Below, piece by piece: positions 19,096 through 28,630 of a stretch of 64,000 bases of DNA. The notes under the pieces were generated by a model, which was not told the DNA's origin, did no database searches, and saw only the letters and a program-made list of their open reading frames with translations. This DNA comes from an uncultured Candidatus Rokubacteria bacterium (GTDB lineage Bacteria; Methylomirabilota; Methylomirabilia; Rokubacteriales; DASRDR01). Location: assembly GCA_963826115.1 (NCBI GenBank), contig CAWGVS010000005.1, positions 1,792,001-1,856,000 on the forward strand. The letters run 5' to 3'. Position 1 is the stretch's first letter. The number at the start of each line of letters is the position of its first letter. Position numbers and translations under genes: made by a program.

Positions 19096-20409
19096 TCAGT
19101 CGGTCGCGATCGCGGCGTCGGCGGGCATGCCGGGCTTGAGTCGCCCGTCCGGATTGGCGATCGCGATCTTCAGCCGGAACACCAGGTTGACCCGCTCCTT
19201 CTGCGTCTGCACGTTCCGCGGCGTGAACTCCGCCTGGGAGGCGACCTCGACGATCCGGCCCTCGAAGGGCTGGCCGGGGAAAGCGTCGACCGTGACGCGC
19301 GCGGTCTGGCCGATTCGCACCCGGCCGAGATCCGTCTCCGCGATGTACGCGCGGAGCCACAGGTCCGAGGGGTCGACGAGCGTCACGACGGCCGAGCCCG
19401 GGGACGCGGTGGATCCGGGCTCGAGGTTCTTCCGGAGCACGATCCCGTCCATCGGCGCCTCGAGCCGCGTGTCGGCGAGCCTCGTCCGCGCCTGGGCCAG
19501 CGCGGCCTCGGACTGCGCCAGCTGGGCGCGAGCCGTGTCCACCTGGCCGGGCCGCGGACCGGCCTCGACCAGCGCGAGACGCTCGCGCGCCGCCCGCACC
19601 TCGGCGCGCGCCGCCTCCACCTGGTCGGGCCGCGGGCCCGCCTCGAGGAGACGCAGGCGCTCGCGGGCCTGGCGCACCTCGGCCCGGGCCATCTCGACCT
19701 GGTCGCTCCGCGGACCCGCCAGCACGAGGGCGAGCTGCTCCTTCGCCGTACGCTCCTGCATGCGCGCGACCTCGAAGGCCTGCCAGGCGCGCTCCTTGTC
19801 GGCCGCTGCGATCAGGTCGCGCTCGTAGAGCGACCTGAGCCGCTCGTACTCCCGCTCCGCCCAGACGCGCGTCGCCTCGGCCGAGGTGACCGCGCTCCGG
19901 GCCTGCTCGACCTCCTGCGCCCGGGCACCGGCCTCGAGGTCGCGCTGCCGCGCCTCGGCCTGCGCCACGACCTGGCGGGCCGCCTGGATCTCCTCGCGTC
20001 GGGCGCCGGCGACGAGGTCGGCCAGTGCGGCCTCGGCCCGGCTGACCTGTGCTCGCGCCTCGGCAATCTCCTCCTTGCGAGCCCCGGCCACGAGGTCGCG
20101 GAGCTGCGCCTGTGCCACGCGCACCCCCGCCTCGAGCCGGGCCGCCTCGGCCACGGGCTCGGCGTCGTCCAGCTGGACCACCAGGTCGCCCCGGCGCACG
20201 CGGCTGCCCTCCTCGACGCGTATCGCGACGATGCGCGCGGTCGTCTTGGGCGACAGGTCCACGTCCCGCGCCTCGATCGTCCCGGTGACGGTCAGGCCGA
20301 CCCCGCGCGCCTCACGGCGCGAGAGAGCCCAGAGCCCGACGGCCGCCAGGCCGACGAGGGCCACCACGACCAGCACCACGCCCCGGAGGGCCCGGCCGAA
20401 CGGCGTCAT
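19096..20409 (-). CDS. HlyD-family membrane fusion protein (YbhG-like) with extended coiled coil
   Basis: TGTIEA, AEFTPRNVQT and LKPGMPAD; six about-25-aa AG(A/P)R repeats. Confidence 0.93.
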   Translation of the reverse strand: MTPFGRALRGVVLVVVALVGLAAVGLWALSRREARGVGLTVTGTIEARDVDLSPKTTARIVAIRVEEGSRVRRGDLVVQLDDAEPVAEAARLEAGVRVAQAQLRDLVAGARKEEIAEARAQVSRAEAALADLVAGARREEIQAARQVVAQAEARQRDLEAGARAQEVEQARSAVTSAEATRVWAEREYERLRSLYERDLIAAADKERAWQAFEVARMQERTAKEQLALVLAGPRSDQVEMARAEVRQARERLRLLEAGPRPDQVEAARAEVRAARERLALVEAGPRPGQVDTARAQLAQSEAALAQARTRLADTRLEAPMDGIVLRKNLEPGSTASPGSAVVTLVDPSDLWLRAYIAETDLGRVRIGQTARVTVDAFPGQPFEGRIVEVASQAEFTPRNVQTQKERVNLVFRLKIAIANPDGRLKPGMPADAAIATD

Positions 20410-20415
20410 CGCGCG

Positions 20416-21747
20416 CTACGGCTTGGTGGCCGGCTTGATCGGCAGGAGGATCGCGGTCGTGCGGCGCTCCAGCACCAGGTAGCGCTCGGCCACTCGTCGC
20501 ACGTCCTCGCGCGTGACCGCCCGGATGCCCGGCAGGTACGCCTCCCGGAGACGCCATCCGCCCAGGAGCTCGTGGCGCGCCAGCGAGGCAGATCGGTTGA
20601 AGACGGAGTCCTGGCCGAAGAGGTAGCCCGCCTCCAGCTGGTTCTGGGCGCGCTGGAGCTCCTCCTCGGTGACGAGCTCCGTCCGGAGCCGCTCCACCTC
20701 CGCGACGAGGGAGCGCTCGGCCTCCTCGACCGAGCGCTCGGGGAGCACGGTGACGTAGAAGGTGAACGTGTCCGGATCGAGCGTGAGACGCGAGTAGTCA
20801 CCGCCCGCCTCGAGGGCCAGCCGCTCCTCGTACACCAGGCGCCGGTGGAGTCGCGAGGTCCGCCCGCCCGAGAGGACCGCCGACAGCACCTCGAGCGCGT
20901 AGGCGTCTCCGGATCGATGGTTCGGCGTCGGGTAGCCCATGAACACCACGGGCAGCTGCGCCTCCTTCCGGAGCCAGACGCGCCGCTCGCCGCGCTGGTC
21001 CGGCTCGGTGACCATCACGCGGGGCGGATCGGGTCCCCGCGGGACGTCGCCGAACCGCGTCCGGATCTTGTCGAGGAGCTCCCCGGCGCGAAAGTCGCCC
21101 ACCACGGCCAGGATCGCGTTGTTCGGCCGGTAGTAGGCGTCGTACCAGCTCCGGAGGTCATCGGCGGTCAGCCGCTCCACGTCCTGGGCGAACCCGATGG
21201 TGGGCAACCGGTACGGGTGCGCCACGAAGGCGGTCACGTTGAACAGCTCGGTGAGGGCGCCCACCGGGTCGTCCTCCGTGCGCGTCCGGCGCTCCTCGAG
21301 CACCACCTTGCGCTCGGCGTCGATCTCCCGGGGGTCGAGGAGCAGGTTCCGCATCCGGTCGGCCTCGAGGAGGAGCACGAGGTCGAGCTGGTCGGCCGCG
21401 ATGGTGACATGGTAGACGGTGACGTCGCGGCTCGTGAAGGCATTGTCCTGGCCGCCGGCCGCCTCGATGAGCTTCGAGAAGACGCGCGGGCCGTACGTCG
21501 GCGTACCCTTGAACATCATGTGCTCGAGGTAGTGGGACAGCCCGGTCAGCCCCACGCGCTCGTCGCGCGATCCCACCCGGTACCAGACCTGGACGCTCGC
21601 CACCGGGCTCCCGGGGCGCTCCTGGAGGAGGACGCGGAGGCCGTTGTCGAGCGTCGCCTCGACGACCTCCTGGGCGCCGAGGGGCGGACACACCAGGCCG
21701 ACGAGGAGCGCGATCAGCAGTCCGATGAGGCGACGAGGACGCAGCAT
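20416..21747 (-). CDS. M16 zinc peptidase, catalytic subunit
   Basis: HYLEHMMFKGT (HXXEH), NAFTS, HPYRLP and YYRPNNA; signal peptide from ATG 21747. Confidence 0.93.
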   Translation of the reverse strand: MLRPRRLIGLLIALLVGLVCPPLGAQEVVEATLDNGLRVLLQERPGSPVASVQVWYRVGSRDERVGLTGLSHYLEHMMFKGTPTYGPRVFSKLIEAAGGQDNAFTSRDVTVYHVTIAADQLDLVLLLEADRMRNLLLDPREIDAERKVVLEERRTRTEDDPVGALTELFNVTAFVAHPYRLPTIGFAQDVERLTADDLRSWYDAYYRPNNAILAVVGDFRAGELLDKIRTRFGDVPRGPDPPRVMVTEPDQRGERRVWLRKEAQLPVVFMGYPTPNHRSGDAYALEVLSAVLSGGRTSRLHRRLVYEERLALEAGGDYSRLTLDPDTFTFYVTVLPERSVEEAERSLVAEVERLRTELVTEEELQRAQNQLEAGYLFGQDSVFNRSASLARHELLGGWRLREAYLPGIRAVTREDVRRVAERYLVLERRTTAILLPIKPATKP

Positions 21748-21954
21748 GGCGCCAGTATACCCTCGGCGGTCGGCCCGCTCGGGCCCCACGACCCTCGGAA
21801 CGTCGAGGCACAACGGCTGCCGGGACGCGGGGTTAGCGACGACCACTTGAGACGTGTTCACCCCCTCGGAACACGCGCGTTTTCGGCCGGAGCAAGTCGC
21901 GCCGGGTCGGGATGCCGGGTAGAGGTTTTCGGAGGAGAGCGGGCAGAGCCGAGT

Positions 21955-22151
21955 CATGAGGCGCTGCGCGTGCCGGATGCTGACCCGCAGCGCCGCCGCC
22001 ACCTGCCGATTCGTCAGCTGTCCCGCCACCAAGGCCTTCATCAACCCAGGCCGCACCGCTTCCTTGCGTGACATCGTGAGGGCCTCCCAGGTCTCCATGC
22101 GGGCGACCCTTTCACGTCGCAGTTAGGGGGTGACCTTTTTATGTCGCAACA
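21955..22151 (-). mobile_element. IS1202/ISNCY-type insertion sequence remnant (left end plus transposase N-terminal HTH)
   Basis: Terminal TGT at 22151 with two 21-bp subterminal direct repeats (22128-22148 and 22101-22121, 17/21 identical). MSRKEAVR...GQLTNRQVAAALRVSIRHAQRL is truncated. Confidence 0.7.
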
Positions 22152-22170
22152 GCACCATCGCCTGCTCGCC

Positions 22171-22200
22171 TTGACCCTCGCGCGAGCCGCGTGCTAGCGT
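22171..22200 (+). promoter_or_regulatory. Sigma70 promoter with extended -10
   Basis: TTGACC-18 nt-TAGCGT with TG one base upstream of the -10 box. Confidence 0.55.
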
Positions 22201-22261
22201 CCTCGCGGCGTTCCGATTCCATCTCGACCGGGCTCGCCGAGCCCTCCTGAGGACACGTGAC

Positions 22262-23029
22262 ATGAAGATCGACGGCTCCACGTTCCTGGTGACCGGAGGC
22301 GCGTCCGGGCTCGGGCGCGCGACGGTCGAGCGGCTCCTCGCCCACGGCGGCCGTGTGGCGATCCTGGACCTCGGCCGGTCGGCCGGCGCCCAGGTGGCCG
22401 CCGAGCTCGGCCCGCACGCGCTCTTCGCGCCCTGCGACGTCACCAGCGCCGACGACGTGAGCGCCGCGATCGAGGGGGCGGTCACGCGCTTCGGCGCCGT
22501 CCACGGGCTGGTCAACTGCGCAGGGGTGGCGATCGCCGAGAAGACCCACGGCAAGCGCGGGCCGCACGACCTGGGCTCGTTCGCCTTCGTCATCCAGGTG
22601 AACCTGATCGGGACGTTCAACTGCATCCGGCTCGCGGCGGCGCGGATGGCGCAGAACACGCCCGGCGAGGACGGCGAGCGCGGCGTGATCGTCAACACGG
22701 CGTCGGTCGCCGCCTTCGACGGGCAGGTCGGCCAGGCCGCCTACTCGGCCTCCAAGGGCGGCATCGTCGGGATGACGCTGCCGATCGCGCGGGACCTGGC
22801 CGAGGTGGGCATCCGGGTCTGCACGATCGCGCCCGGCCTCTTCGACACGCCGCTCATGGGGATGCTCCCCGAGCCAGCCCGGCAGTCGCTCGCCAAGCAG
22901 GTCCCGTTCCCGAGCCGGCTGGGCCACCCGGCGGAGTACGCGGCGCTCGCCTGCCACATCGTCGAGAACGTGATGCTGAACGCGGAGACCATCCGCCTCG
23001 ACGGCGCCATCCGCATGGCCCCGCGGTAG
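22262..23029 (+). CDS. 3-hydroxyacyl-CoA dehydrogenase type II (HSD10-like SDR)
   Basis: [29 protein letters not shown] and IRLDGAIRM motifs. Confidence 0.93.
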   Translation: MKIDGSTFLVTGGASGLGRATVERLLAHGGRVAILDLGRSAGAQVAAELGPHALFAPCDVTSADDVSAAIEGAVTRFGAVHGLVNCAGVAIAEKTHGKRGPHDLGSFAFVIQVNLIGTFNCIRLAAARMAQNTPGEDGERGVIVNTASVAAFDGQVGQAAYSASKGGIVGMTLPIARDLAEVGIRVCTIAPGLFDTPLMGMLPEPARQSLAKQVPFPSRLGHPAEYAALACHIVENVMLNAETIRLDGAIRMAPR

Positions 23030-23036
23030 CCGGGGG

Positions 23037-24473
23037 TCAGGGAGCGATGTAGGTCGTCTTGACCGTGGTGTAGAACTCCCGCGCGTAGGCCCCCTGCTCC
23101 CGGGGCCCGTAGCTCGACGCCTTCCGCCCGCCGAACGGCACGTGGTAGTCCACGCCAGCGGTGGGCAGGTTCACCATGACCATCCCCGCCTGCGCGTTCC
23201 GCTTGAAGTGACTCGCGTGCTTGAGGGACGTCGTGACCACGCCCGACGAGAGCCCGAACGGCGTGTCGTTGGCGAGGACCAGCGCCTCGTCGTAGTCCCG
23301 CGCCCGGATCACGGTGGCGACGGGCCCGAAGATCTCCTCCCGGTTGATGCGCATGGCGTTGGTCGTCTCGGTGAAGAGCGCGGGCGCCAGGAAGTAGCCC
23401 TCGTGCTCGCGCCGCACCCGGTCGCCACCACACGCGAGCCGCGCCCCTTCCCGGCGTCCGACCTCGAGGTAGGAGAGATCCTGGTCGAGCTGGCTCTGGT
23501 CCACCACCGGGCCGATGTCGGTGCCCTTCCGGAGCGCGTCGTCGACGACGAGCTTCTCGAGCCGCTCGATCATCGCCCGGACGAACCGGTCGTGAATTCC
23601 CTCGGTGACGATGAGCCGGCTGGACGCGGTACAGCGCTGGCCGGTCGAGAAGTACGCGCCCTGGACCGCGCAGTTCACCGCGACGCCGAGGTCGGCGTCG
23701 TCCAGGATCACCAGCGGGTTCTTGCCCCCCATCTCGAGCTGGATCTTCCCCATGCGGGCGACGACCTTCTTCGCGATGGCGCGGCCCGTCTCCACCGAAC
23801 CGGTGAAGCTCACCCCGTCGATGTCGGTCGAGCCGATGAGCGCCTCGCCGACCGCCGAGCCGCGACCCATCACGAGATTGAACACCCCCGACGGGACGCC
23901 GGCCCGCTTCAGGATGTCCGCCAGCGCCCAGGCGCACCCGGGGACCAGGTCGGCGGGCTTGAAGACCACGCAGTTGCCGTACGCGAGGGCCGGCGCGATC
24001 TTCCAGGCGGGGATCGCGAGCGGGAAGTTCCACGGCGTGATGATGCCGACGACGCCGATCGGCTCACGCGTCACCTCCACCGAGATGCCCGGGCGGACGG
24101 AGTCGACGACCTCCCCCGCCTGCCGCACCACCTCGCCGGCAAAGAACTTGAAGATGTAGCCGGCCCGCTTGGCTTCCCCGATGCCCTCGGGAAGGGTCTT
24201 GCCCTCCTCCCGCGACAGAAGCGTGCCCAGCTCCTCCGCGCGGCGGATGATCTCGTCGCCCGCGCGGTCCAGGACGTCCGCGCGCTCCTGCCGGTTGCCG
24301 CGAGCCCAGGCCGGCGCCGCGGCCCGCGCGGCGGCGATCGCCGCCTGCGCCTGCGCCGCGTCCGCCCGCGCGTACTCGCCGACGACCTCCTGGAGGTTGG
24401 ACGGGTTGACGTCACGGTTGACGTCGGCGCCGCCGACCCACTCGCCGTTGATCAGGTTTCCATGCACGGCCAC
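23037..24473 (-). CDS. Aldehyde dehydrogenase (alpha-ketoglutaric semialdehyde DH-like)
   Basis: ITPWNFP, FTGS, LEMGGKN, GQRCTAS and EEIFGP motifs. Confidence 0.95.
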   Translation of the reverse strand: MAVHGNLINGEWVGGADVNRDVNPSNLQEVVGEYARADAAQAQAAIAAARAAAPAWARGNRQERADVLDRAGDEIIRRAEELGTLLSREEGKTLPEGIGEAKRAGYIFKFFAGEVVRQAGEVVDSVRPGISVEVTREPIGVVGIITPWNFPLAIPAWKIAPALAYGNCVVFKPADLVPGCAWALADILKRAGVPSGVFNLVMGRGSAVGEALIGSTDIDGVSFTGSVETGRAIAKKVVARMGKIQLEMGGKNPLVILDDADLGVAVNCAVQGAYFSTGQRCTASSRLIVTEGIHDRFVRAMIERLEKLVVDDALRKGTDIGPVVDQSQLDQDLSYLEVGRREGARLACGGDRVRREHEGYFLAPALFTETTNAMRINREEIFGPVATVIRARDYDEALVLANDTPFGLSSGVVTTSLKHASHFKRNAQAGMVMVNLPTAGVDYHVPFGGRKASSYGPREQGAYAREFYTTVKTTYIAP

Positions 24474-24495
24474 GGTCCGTCTCCTTGTCGCTACG
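24472..24495. repeat. 24-bp direct repeat, copy 1 (contains the ALDH RBS)
   Basis: acggtccgtctccttgtcgctacg, identical to 26032-26055. Confidence 0.95.
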
Positions 24496-24550
24496 TCCGT
24501 CGCCGGCCTCCACGGCGGCTAGCCTCGGAGGCAGCGACATCGAGCGATGC

Positions 24551-24970
24551 TCAGTTGAAACTCATGAGTCCCCACAACCACCCGTGGGGGTTCGCCCCGA
24601 ATCGAATGAGATTCACGATCTCACTGGCCAGGAACAGCCACGCATGAACTGATACGGGGACTGCATCCAAGACCCGTCGGCCAACGGCGCTCGCATCCTC
24701 AGTGAGCCCACACGCGTACGCTAGCAGGCCACCCAGCACTCCCGCCCCCAGCAAAAGCCAATACGGTAGGAGGAGGTTGGCTCCAAATGCCGCGGCTACA
24801 TCTCCGGTGACGAGATGAGCGATCCCGCGGACGACGCCGCACGACGGGCACGGAAATCCCGCCTGCCAAATCGGACATTGAAAAGGGTGATTCGTGATGA
24901 GCAGAGTCACCGCGAACCCCAGCATTACACCCAGGGCTGAACGTCTCAAGCCCTCGGAAACCATTCCCAC
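24551..24970 (-). CDS. DUF2752-like membrane protein
   Basis: CP....G.PCPSCG..RG..HL..GD..AA...N.L pattern; lower GC than the flanks. Confidence 0.75.
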   Translation of the reverse strand: MGMVSEGLRRSALGVMLGFAVTLLITNHPFQCPIWQAGFPCPSCGVVRGIAHLVTGDVAAAFGANLLLPYWLLLGAGVLGGLLAYACGLTEDASAVGRRVLDAVPVSVHAWLFLASEIVNLIRFGANPHGWLWGLMSFN

Positions 24971-25719
24971 TCCCCCAACACGCCCGTAGCTCGCGCCTTC
25001 TCATTGCACATGAAGTAGTCGATCCACATCGGAAGAAGCCCGAGGCCAGCCGTGACGATCGTTATAAGGACCCAGACCAGCCACTTGACCCCTTGGCCAA
25101 GCTTGACGAAACCAACGGGAAAGCAAAGCAATGCCCAGAGTATGGCCTCGCCGGTCGGCATACCCTTCATCGGTCGACGAGCCTTGATCCGGTCTCCGCA
25201 GTGGGGACACGTAACCGCCAACGCGGATACTTGCCTTCCACATACTCGGCAAGCAACTAGCCCCGGAGACCTGGTCGCGGAGTCCGGCACCTCGGTCGGC
25301 CGAGCCGGACCCTGTCGAACCTCGCCAGCTTGATTCTGACTCCGTGTCCTGCCGCTGAAGCCCTCGGCGACCTTGCGAGGCTGAAGACCCGCAGCGTGCA
25401 AATGTTGCATTAGAGTATTGGCGTCCTCCTGGGATAGGCCTTGCCGAACGACAATCTCGTCCTTCTGGAGGAGGCTATACAGTTCCGCCACGGTCGCGCT
25501 CGGATATGATGCCTGCAACAAAGGCCTCAGGGCTTCATGGGATTCAGGGGAAGGCCTAGCGACGATGACCTGCCACGTGCGCTCGGCTTGGCCGACTGGC
25601 GCCGGGCCACCCAATGGCGCCCCCATTCCTCTGGTCGGGAATGGCACACCGCATTGCGGACATGTTGGAGCCTCGGTCGACACCTCCCTGCCACATTCAC
25701 GACACGGGGCAAGCGGCAT
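24946..25719 (-). CDS. Double zinc-ribbon plus TM2-like membrane protein
   Basis: Two CxxC...CPxCG ribbons; C-terminal hydrophobic LGQ.VK...WID; GAGGAGG RBS before ATG 25719. Confidence 0.75.
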   Translation of the reverse strand: MPLAPCRECGREVSTEAPTCPQCGVPFPTRGMGAPLGGPAPVGQAERTWQVIVARPSPESHEALRPLLQASYPSATVAELYSLLQKDEIVVRQGLSQEDANTLMQHLHAAGLQPRKVAEGFSGRTRSQNQAGEVRQGPARPTEVPDSATRSPGLVACRVCGRQVSALAVTCPHCGDRIKARRPMKGMPTGEAILWALLCFPVGFVKLGQGVKWLVWVLITIVTAGLGLLPMWIDYFMCNEKARATGVLGEWEWFPRA

Positions 25720-25891
25720 CGTCAGACCTCCTCGACATGGGGCATTGATGCCTGAGTCAGGTCCATGCGTGCGCAACACCGAGTGTCCGAGTCACTCGGG
25801 CGACTGCCATCGCTTCTCCCTTCGGACGCGAGGCCACGACTCTCAAGCAACTATCCCGGGGGGTTTGCGAGCAGCCGGGTCTTTGAACTCC

Positions 25892-26033
25892 TCAGTGGCC
25901 GATGATCGCCGCGGTCGCGATCAAGAACGTCTCCAGGACTACCTCGACCACGATGTACTACCCGAAACCCGATCAGGTAGACGGCAACACCCAGCCGCGT
26001 CATGTCGTAGTCGAGCGCCTGGCGAACCGCGAC
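25892..26033 (-). pseudogene. Degenerate 3' fragment of a Yip1-family paralog
   Basis: Translates VAVRQALDYDMTRLGVAVYLIGF, versus VAVRQALDYDSTARAVGVCLIGL in the adjacent intact gene; a frameshifted TM tail follows. Confidence 0.65.
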
Positions 26034-26055
26034 GGTCCGTCTCCTTGTCGCTACG
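26032..26055. repeat. 24-bp direct repeat, copy 2
   Basis: Identical to 24472-24495. Confidence 0.95.
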
Positions 26056-26058
26056 CCT

Positions 26059-26595
26059 TCAGGGCGCGATTCCGAGGGGGACGCCGAAGAGTCTCGACAG
26101 GGCGTAGAGCACCACCATGTTGAAGACCAGGCCGATCAGGCACACCCCGACCGCCCGGGCCGTCGAGTCGTAGTCGAGAGCCTGACGGACCGCCACCACC
26201 ATCGCCACCAGCATCCACAGGGACGCCACGAAGTCGACCAGCAGGCCGAGGCCCGGGACGACGCCGAGCACGCGGATCAGACCGGGCGTGGCCGAGAATC
26301 CGATGGTGCGGAGGAGCTGGCCGACGTCCGCCTGCGTCTTCGGCCCGGGAAGGATGCGGGTTCCCACGAAGTACGTGATGAAGGCCCAGACGTACCATCC
26401 TGCCAGGGACGCCAGCGTGGCCATCAGGAGCCCGCCGATCCCGACGACCCGCAGCACGGCAACGCCGGCCGCCAGGCTCGCGAGCACGACGACCAGCATC
26501 GCCTGCGGAGTCGCGGTCGCGTCGGCCTCCACTTCCTCGTACGTCGCGGCGTCGAGCCTGGCCGCTCCGAGCATCCGCTCCGTCAGGCTTGCCAT
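26059..26595 (-). CDS. Yip1-domain membrane protein
   Basis: RMLGAARLD...YEEVEAD, LLRTIGF and AVRQALD motifs; about 5 TM helices. Confidence 0.85.
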   Translation of the reverse strand: MASLTERMLGAARLDAATYEEVEADATATPQAMLVVVLASLAAGVAVLRVVGIGGLLMATLASLAGWYVWAFITYFVGTRILPGPKTQADVGQLLRTIGFSATPGLIRVLGVVPGLGLLVDFVASLWMLVAMVVAVRQALDYDSTARAVGVCLIGLVFNMVVLYALSRLFGVPLGIAP

Positions 26596-26664
26596 GGGTC
26601 AGCCTCCTTCAAGGCCTTCGTCGATCGGGTCCACGCGGCGCGTGTCGAGCACGCGGCGCCGATT

Positions 26665-27924
26665 CTACTCGTCGGGAGGCGACCCGGCCAGTGGTCCCCC
26701 CGCGGGCGCCGGGGCGACCAGGCCGGGGCCGGACACCGCCCCCCGCCGGGCGAGGTCGTCGATCCGGTCGGGTCCGTATCCCAGCACGTCGGCGAGCACG
26801 GCCCGCGTGTCCTCGCCGGGCCGGTACGGCGCGGGGCCGGCGGGCGCGATCGCCTCGCCGTCCACGTGGAAGGGCGACGCGGTGATCCGCACGGGGCCGT
26901 ACGTCGGGTGCGGCACCGTGGGGAACGCCGCGCGCGCCTCGAGGTGCGGCGCGGAGACGACCTCCGCGGGCCAGAGCACGCGCGCGCACGGGATGCGCGC
27001 CGCGCTGAGCGCCACCAGCGCCGCGTCGGCCGTCGCGAAGCCCTCGAGCCAGGTCACGATGATCGGGCGGAGCTGGAGCCAGTTCTCGCGCCGGGCGGCC
27101 GGCGTGGCGAAGCGGGGATCCGCGGCGAGCTCGGGTCGCTGGAGGAGGTCGAGGAGCCGGGGCCAGAGGTCGAGGACCCCGACGATCTGGAGCGCGATCC
27201 AGCCGTCGCCCACCTGCTGGACGTGCATCCCGCTCCGCGAGCCCGGGTACGTCGGCCCGCCGTTCAGAGCGCTGCCGAAGCTGATGTCCTCGGCGCCGAT
27301 CAGCGCCTCCAGCATGGACACGTCGAGGTACGCGCCCCGGCCGGTGCGGCCCCGGCGGAGCAGCGCGCCGGCGATCGCGCCGAACGCGTGCGTGCCCGCG
27401 AGGATGTCGGCGGCCTGGAGGTACAGCACGCGCGGCGGCTCCCCGGCGCCGCGCTCCAGGTGCATCAGACCGGACGTGGCGTGGACGACGTGGGCCAGCG
27501 CCGGGCGGTTCCGCCACGGCCCCGTCTGCCCGTAGCCCGAGATCGAGCAATAGATGATGTCGGGCCGGACGGCCGTCGCCGCGGCGTAGTCGAGGCCAAG
27601 CCGCCCCATGACGCCCGGCCGGAAGTTCTCCACGACGACGTCCGCGACTCGGATGAGGTCGAGGGCCACCGCCCGGGCCTCGGCGTGGCCGAAGTCGAGC
27701 GACACCGAGCGCTTGCCGGCGTTGACCCGGACGAAGTAGCTGCTCTGGTCCGCTCGCTCCGCGTCGAGCTGGAGCGGCGCGGCCCGCATGTCGTCGCCGC
27801 GCGGCCGCTCGACCTTGATCACGCGGGCGCCCAGGTCGGCGAGGAGGCGGGTGCAGTAGGGTCCGGCCAGGACGCGGGTGAAGTCGACGACCGTGACGTC
27901 CTGCAGGAAGTCGGGGCCCGGCAC
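26665..27924 (-). CDS. CaiB/BaiF family III CoA-transferase
   Basis: DFTRVLAGPY, ADLGARVIKVE, NAGKRS, ENFRPG and SISGYGQTGP. GTG start 27924. Confidence 0.92.
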   Translation of the reverse strand: MPGPDFLQDVTVVDFTRVLAGPYCTRLLADLGARVIKVERPRGDDMRAAPLQLDAERADQSSYFVRVNAGKRSVSLDFGHAEARAVALDLIRVADVVVENFRPGVMGRLGLDYAAATAVRPDIIYCSISGYGQTGPWRNRPALAHVVHATSGLMHLERGAGEPPRVLYLQAADILAGTHAFGAIAGALLRRGRTGRGAYLDVSMLEALIGAEDISFGSALNGGPTYPGSRSGMHVQQVGDGWIALQIVGVLDLWPRLLDLLQRPELAADPRFATPAARRENWLQLRPIIVTWLEGFATADAALVALSAARIPCARVLWPAEVVSAPHLEARAAFPTVPHPTYGPVRITASPFHVDGEAIAPAGPAPYRPGEDTRAVLADVLGYGPDRIDDLARRGAVSGPGLVAPAPAGGPLAGSPPDE

Positions 27925-28005
27925 AGCGCTACGATAGGGAACCGCCGCGGGGCCCGCAAGAGCGGGGTGTGGTATACGACGGGTGTGCGCCACCACGGCG
28001 GGGCT

Positions 28006-28614
28006 GTGAGCGACGCCGACGCGCTGTGGCCACCGCCCGGCGCCGCGCCGGTCCTGACCGCCGCCGGCCTGTGGCTCCTCCTCGCCCTCCTCGTCGGCGT
28101 CTCCGGCCGGCTCGCGACGCTCCGGCCGCCGGCCCCGCAGATCCTGCTGGTCGGGCTGACGGTGGCGCTCCTGGTGACGGCGCGCTCCTGGACGCCGCTC
28201 CGCCGCTTCGTGGCCGCGGTCGACCTGCGGGTCCTGGTGCTCTTCCACGTCATCCGGTTCGTCGGCTTCTACTTCCTCGTCCTCCACGCGCGGGGGGAGC
28301 TGCCCTGGGACTTCGCCGTGCCCGGAGGCTGGGGTGACAACGTGACGGCAGCCGGCGCGGTGCTCCTCGTGCTGCTGGCGGGGCCCGACGGCCCGATCGG
28401 CCGCTGGCTCTACCTCGCCTGGAACGTGTTCGGGCTGATCGACATCGTCGGCGTGGTGGTGACCGCGGCGCGGCTCGCCCTCGCGGAGCCCGGGTCGATG
28501 CGCGCGCTCCTCCAGCTTCCCCTCTCGCTCCTCCTGACGTTCGTCGTGCCGCTCATCATCGCCACGCACGTCTGGATGCTCTGGCGGCTCCTGCGCCCGG
28601 CGCCGGCGCGCTGA
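28006..28614 (+). CDS. Hypothetical multi-pass membrane protein
   Basis: Hydrophobic helices; HVIRFVG, GGWGD, WNVFGLID and FVVPL motifs. Confidence 0.8.
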   Translation: MSDADALWPPPGAAPVLTAAGLWLLLALLVGVSGRLATLRPPAPQILLVGLTVALLVTARSWTPLRRFVAAVDLRVLVLFHVIRFVGFYFLVLHARGELPWDFAVPGGWGDNVTAAGAVLLVLLAGPDGPIGRWLYLAWNVFGLIDIVGVVVTAARLALAEPGSMRALLQLPLSLLLTFVVPLIIATHVWMLWRLLRPAPAR

Positions 28615-28630
28615 CGCGGGCGGGCCGTCC

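Noticed and set aside
19500-20150. Internal repeats in the HlyD gene as a separate repeat element
   Set aside because: They are ordinary coiled-coil AG(A/P)R repeats of YbhG-type proteins.
17665-22071. 1468-aa plus-strand ORF, and similar long ORFs at 3725-6106, 8738-11083, 57833-60790 and 60878-63820
   Set aside because: These are antisense shadows of real genes in high-GC DNA, with no motifs and an Arg/Pro/Gly-rich composition.
20416-22098. 560-aa HTH-M16 fusion protein
   Set aside because: The peptidase has its own signal peptide and -10 box at 21747; the upstream part is an IS stub.
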